Shown here one piece after another: positions 46,683 through 48,618 of a stretch of DNA of 48,618 bases; the first letter of the stretch is position 1; each line of letters starts with the position of its first letter. The stretch comes from Solirubrobacterales bacterium (GTDB lineage Bacteria > Actinomycetota > Thermoleophilia > Solirubrobacterales > Solirubrobacteraceae). Position numbers and translations under genes: made by a program. The stretch lies in the NCBI GenBank assembly GCA_025964155.1, contig JAOPZJ010000025.1, forward strand, positions 1-48,618. Direction: 5' to 3'. Under the pieces are notes generated by a model, which made no database searches, had not been told where the DNA came from, and worked only from the letters and a program-made list of their open reading frames with translations.

Positions 46683-47673
46683 GCTGCGGCCGGTAGTACA
46701 GCGGCACGCACGAGTGGTGCTCGGCCACCCAGTCGCTGTTGGGCAGATCAACGTGGTGACCGAGCAGCCGGTGGCACGGCTGGTCATAGACCCGTCCGGT
46801 CGAGCGGTCGAGCCGGTCGAACACGATGTACTTGTACAGCCCCGACACCATCGCATCGGGAACCTGCAGGCGCGAGGCGTACACGGGATCAAGGTCGCGG
46901 CGGGCCACCGCGTTCTTCCACGCCACGATCTCGTCCAGGCGCTCGGCCTGCACGACGCCGAGCGCCGCGGTGAACTCGCTCATCCGGAAGTTCAGCCCCT
47001 GCACCTCGTGGTCTGGCTTGCCGTAGTTACGGAACGCCGCGGCGAACGCGATGAGGTCCTGGTGGCGGGACACGAGCATGCCGCCCTCACCCGTCGAGAC
47101 GGTCTTGGTCGCGTAGAACGAGTAGATCCCGGCGTCACCCCACGTCCCTGGATGACCCCCGCCCAGCGATGCGCCATGGGCGTGCGCGCAGTCCTCGATG
47201 AGGAACACCCCGGCCTCCTGGCAGACTTTCGCGATCGCTTCGACCTCGAACGCGAGGTGCCCGCCGATGTGCACCAGAAACGCTGCCTTGGGCCGGTGTT
47301 GGCCGATCGCGCGCTCGAACTCGGCGAGCGTCGCGCACAGATCGTCGCGGCCGCAGTCCAGGAACACCACGTCGGCACCGAGGTGCAAGGCCGCCAGCGG
47401 CGTCGCCATGAACGTGTTGGACGGGCACAGGACGACATCGCCTGGTCCGACGCCCGCGAACGTCAGCGCCGCCAGCGCGCCGCCGGCCCAGCTCCCGAAG
47501 GCCACCGCGCCGGTGTCGTGGCGGGCGCCCCAGAGCTCCTCGAAGCGTCGCGTGAGCGCCCCCTCCGACCACTGCTGGGAATCGATCACCTCATCCCACA
47601 ACGCGTGCAGCCGACTGCGGTCGCGCGCGTCGAAGCCGATCGCGAAGCGGGCAGGATCAGATGGCGGCAGCAC
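46660..47673 (-). CDS. DegT/DnrJ/EryC1/StrS sugar aminotransferase (PLP)
   Basis: PSNTFMAT, VHIGG, IEDCAHAHG, SFYATKTVSTGEGG (PLP lysine), GLNFRMSE. Start is GTG 47673 (TATGCT -10 8 nt upstream) or 47679. Confidence 0.9.
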   Translation of the reverse strand: MLPPSDPARFAIGFDARDRSRLHALWDEVIDSQQWSEGALTRRFEELWGARHDTGAVAFGSWAGGALAALTFAGVGPGDVVLCPSNTFMATPLAALHLGADVVFLDCGRDDLCATLAEFERAIGQHRPKAAFLVHIGGHLAFEVEAIAKVCQEAGVFLIEDCAHAHGASLGGGHPGTWGDAGIYSFYATKTVSTGEGGMLVSRHQDLIAFAAAFRNYGKPDHEVQGLNFRMSEFTAALGVVQAERLDEIVAWKNAVARRDLDPVYASRLQVPDAMVSGLYKYIVFDRLDRSTGRVYDQPCHRLLGHHVDLPNSDWVAEHHSCVPLYYRPQLSAPSPA

Positions 47674-47700
47674 GGGCACACAGCATAAGGTCGACACCCC

Positions 47701-48618
47701 ATGAGGGTGCTGATCTTCAGCGCGGACATCGGCGAAGGGCACGACCTGCCCGCGCGTGCGCTCCGCGACGGCATCCTCGCCCGCAGGCCCGACGCCGAAG
47801 TCCTGATCCGCGACACGCTCCAGGTGGCCGGCCCGGTCGCCCGGTTCTTCATCCGCAACGGGGCGGAGGTCGTCCTTCGCCGCCTGCCGTGGCTCTTCGA
47901 CCTGCAGTACTCGCTGATCGCGCGGTTCCCACCGACGCGCGCGCTGACGCGCCGGCTCTCGACGCTCGTCGCAGGCCGTGGCCTGCAGAGGGCGGTCACC
48001 GCCTTCGGACCCGACGTCATCGTCGCCACGTATCCCGGCGCCAACGAGGTCCTCTCAACAGCGCGTCGGGCCGGGCGCCTCCGGGTCCCGGTGGTGTCCG
48101 CCATCACCGACCTGGCGGCGCTGCAGTACTGGGCCCACCCGGGCACCGATCTGCATCTCGTCGTCCACGCCGAGTCCGCCGCGGAGATCCGCAGCATCGC
48201 CGGACCGCAGGCCCGCGTGACGCACGCACGCGGCCTCACCGCGCCTGAGTTCGAGACGCCGATCCAAGCGGGCGTCGCCCGTGCCTCGCTCGGCCTGCCG
48301 CCCGCGGCACCCGTGGTCGTCGTCTCCGGTGGCGGCTGGGGGGTCGGTGACATCCGTGGCGCGACCTCGGCCGCGCTGGCCGCTGCCCCGGACGTGCACG
48401 TCGTGGCGCTGTGCGGACGCAACGCCGACGCGCGGAGCGCGCTGGAACGCGCCTTCGCCGGGCAGGGGCGCGTGTCGGTGATCGGCTTCACCGATCAGAT
48501 GAGCGAGCTGTTGGCGGCCGCGGACGTGCTCATCCACTCCACCGCCGGGCTCACCGTCATGGAAGCGCTGGTCCGTGGCACGAGGGTGATCTCCTACGGC
48601 TGGGGCGTGGCCCACATC
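47701..48618 (+). CDS. MGDG synthase / UgtP-like GT28 diacylglycerol glycosyltransferase (partial, runs off right edge; absent from the ORF track)
   Basis: Manual translation: MRVLIFSADIGEGHDLPARAL...PDVIVATYP...SAITDL....WAHP...VSGGGWGVG...LCGRN...GFTDQMSELLAAADVLIHSTAGLTVMEAL. TAAGGT -10 lies 9 nt upstream. Confidence 0.9.
   Translation, partial: MRVLIFSADIGEGHDLPARALRDGILARRPDAEVLIRDTLQVAGPVARFFIRNGAEVVLRRLPWLFDLQYSLIARFPPTRALTRRLSTLVAGRGLQRAVTAFGPDVIVATYPGANEVLSTARRAGRLRVPVVSAITDLAALQYWAHPGTDLHLVVHAESAAEIRSIAGPQARVTHARGLTAPEFETPIQAGVARASLGLPPAAPVVVVSGGGWGVGDIRGATSAALAAAPDVHVVALCGRNADARSALERAFAGQGRVSVIGFTDQMSELLAAADVLIHSTAGLTVMEALVRGTRVISYGWGVAHI

Overview
Very GC-rich actinobacterial chromosomal DNA, most likely Thermoleophilia/Solirubrobacterales (inferred from composition and gene content). 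It holds about 45 genes and no rRNA, tRNA, transposase, integrase or CRISPR-cas that I could find. (1) 1-20.2 kb is a large cell-envelope glycan locus: GT4 and GT2 glycosyltransferases, WecB/TagA, a WcaJ-like priming transferase, UDP-xylose synthase, a Wzm/Wzt ABC exporter, a methyltransferase, two GT-C-like membrane proteins, a membrane-anchored GH10 and a second secreted clan GH-A hydrolase. It is interrupted by a TetR/MpaB-like oxygenase pair and a secreted neutral ceramidase. (2) 20.2-28.6 kb is housekeeping: ferritin, GNAT, MoaD-MoaE fusion, split methylmalonyl-CoA mutase, epoxide hydrolase, acyl-CoA carboxylase beta, and an odd SRPBCC-like protein with a MinD-like amphipathic helix. (3) 28.6-33 kb is a cellulose-synthase-like GT2 (QQFAW motif) + GH26 + GH-A cassette. 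(4) 33-38.7 kb carries PhoD, a methyltransferase, an ornithine-cyclodeaminase-family enzyme, an orphan ACCase epsilon-like peptide and a DGPF/ECF42 pair with its promoter. (5) 38.7-44.4 kb is a sir-cysH-tauE-cysD-cysN sulfate assimilation operon behind tandem Rrf2-like operators. (6) A 700-bp intergenic mosaic of palindromic repeats follows. (7) The window ends in a DMT / deacetylase / DegT aminotransferase / MGDG-synthase-like cluster resembling an amino-glycolipid pathway. Best novelty candidates: a xylose-containing exported glycan with dedicated editing hydrolases, the GT2-GH26 synthase cassette, the HexSDF-like glycolipid cluster, and a REP-like palindrome family sharing a CCCCACAGG core. 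At least 15 genes look leaderless. All calls come from reading the sequence; no searches were run.
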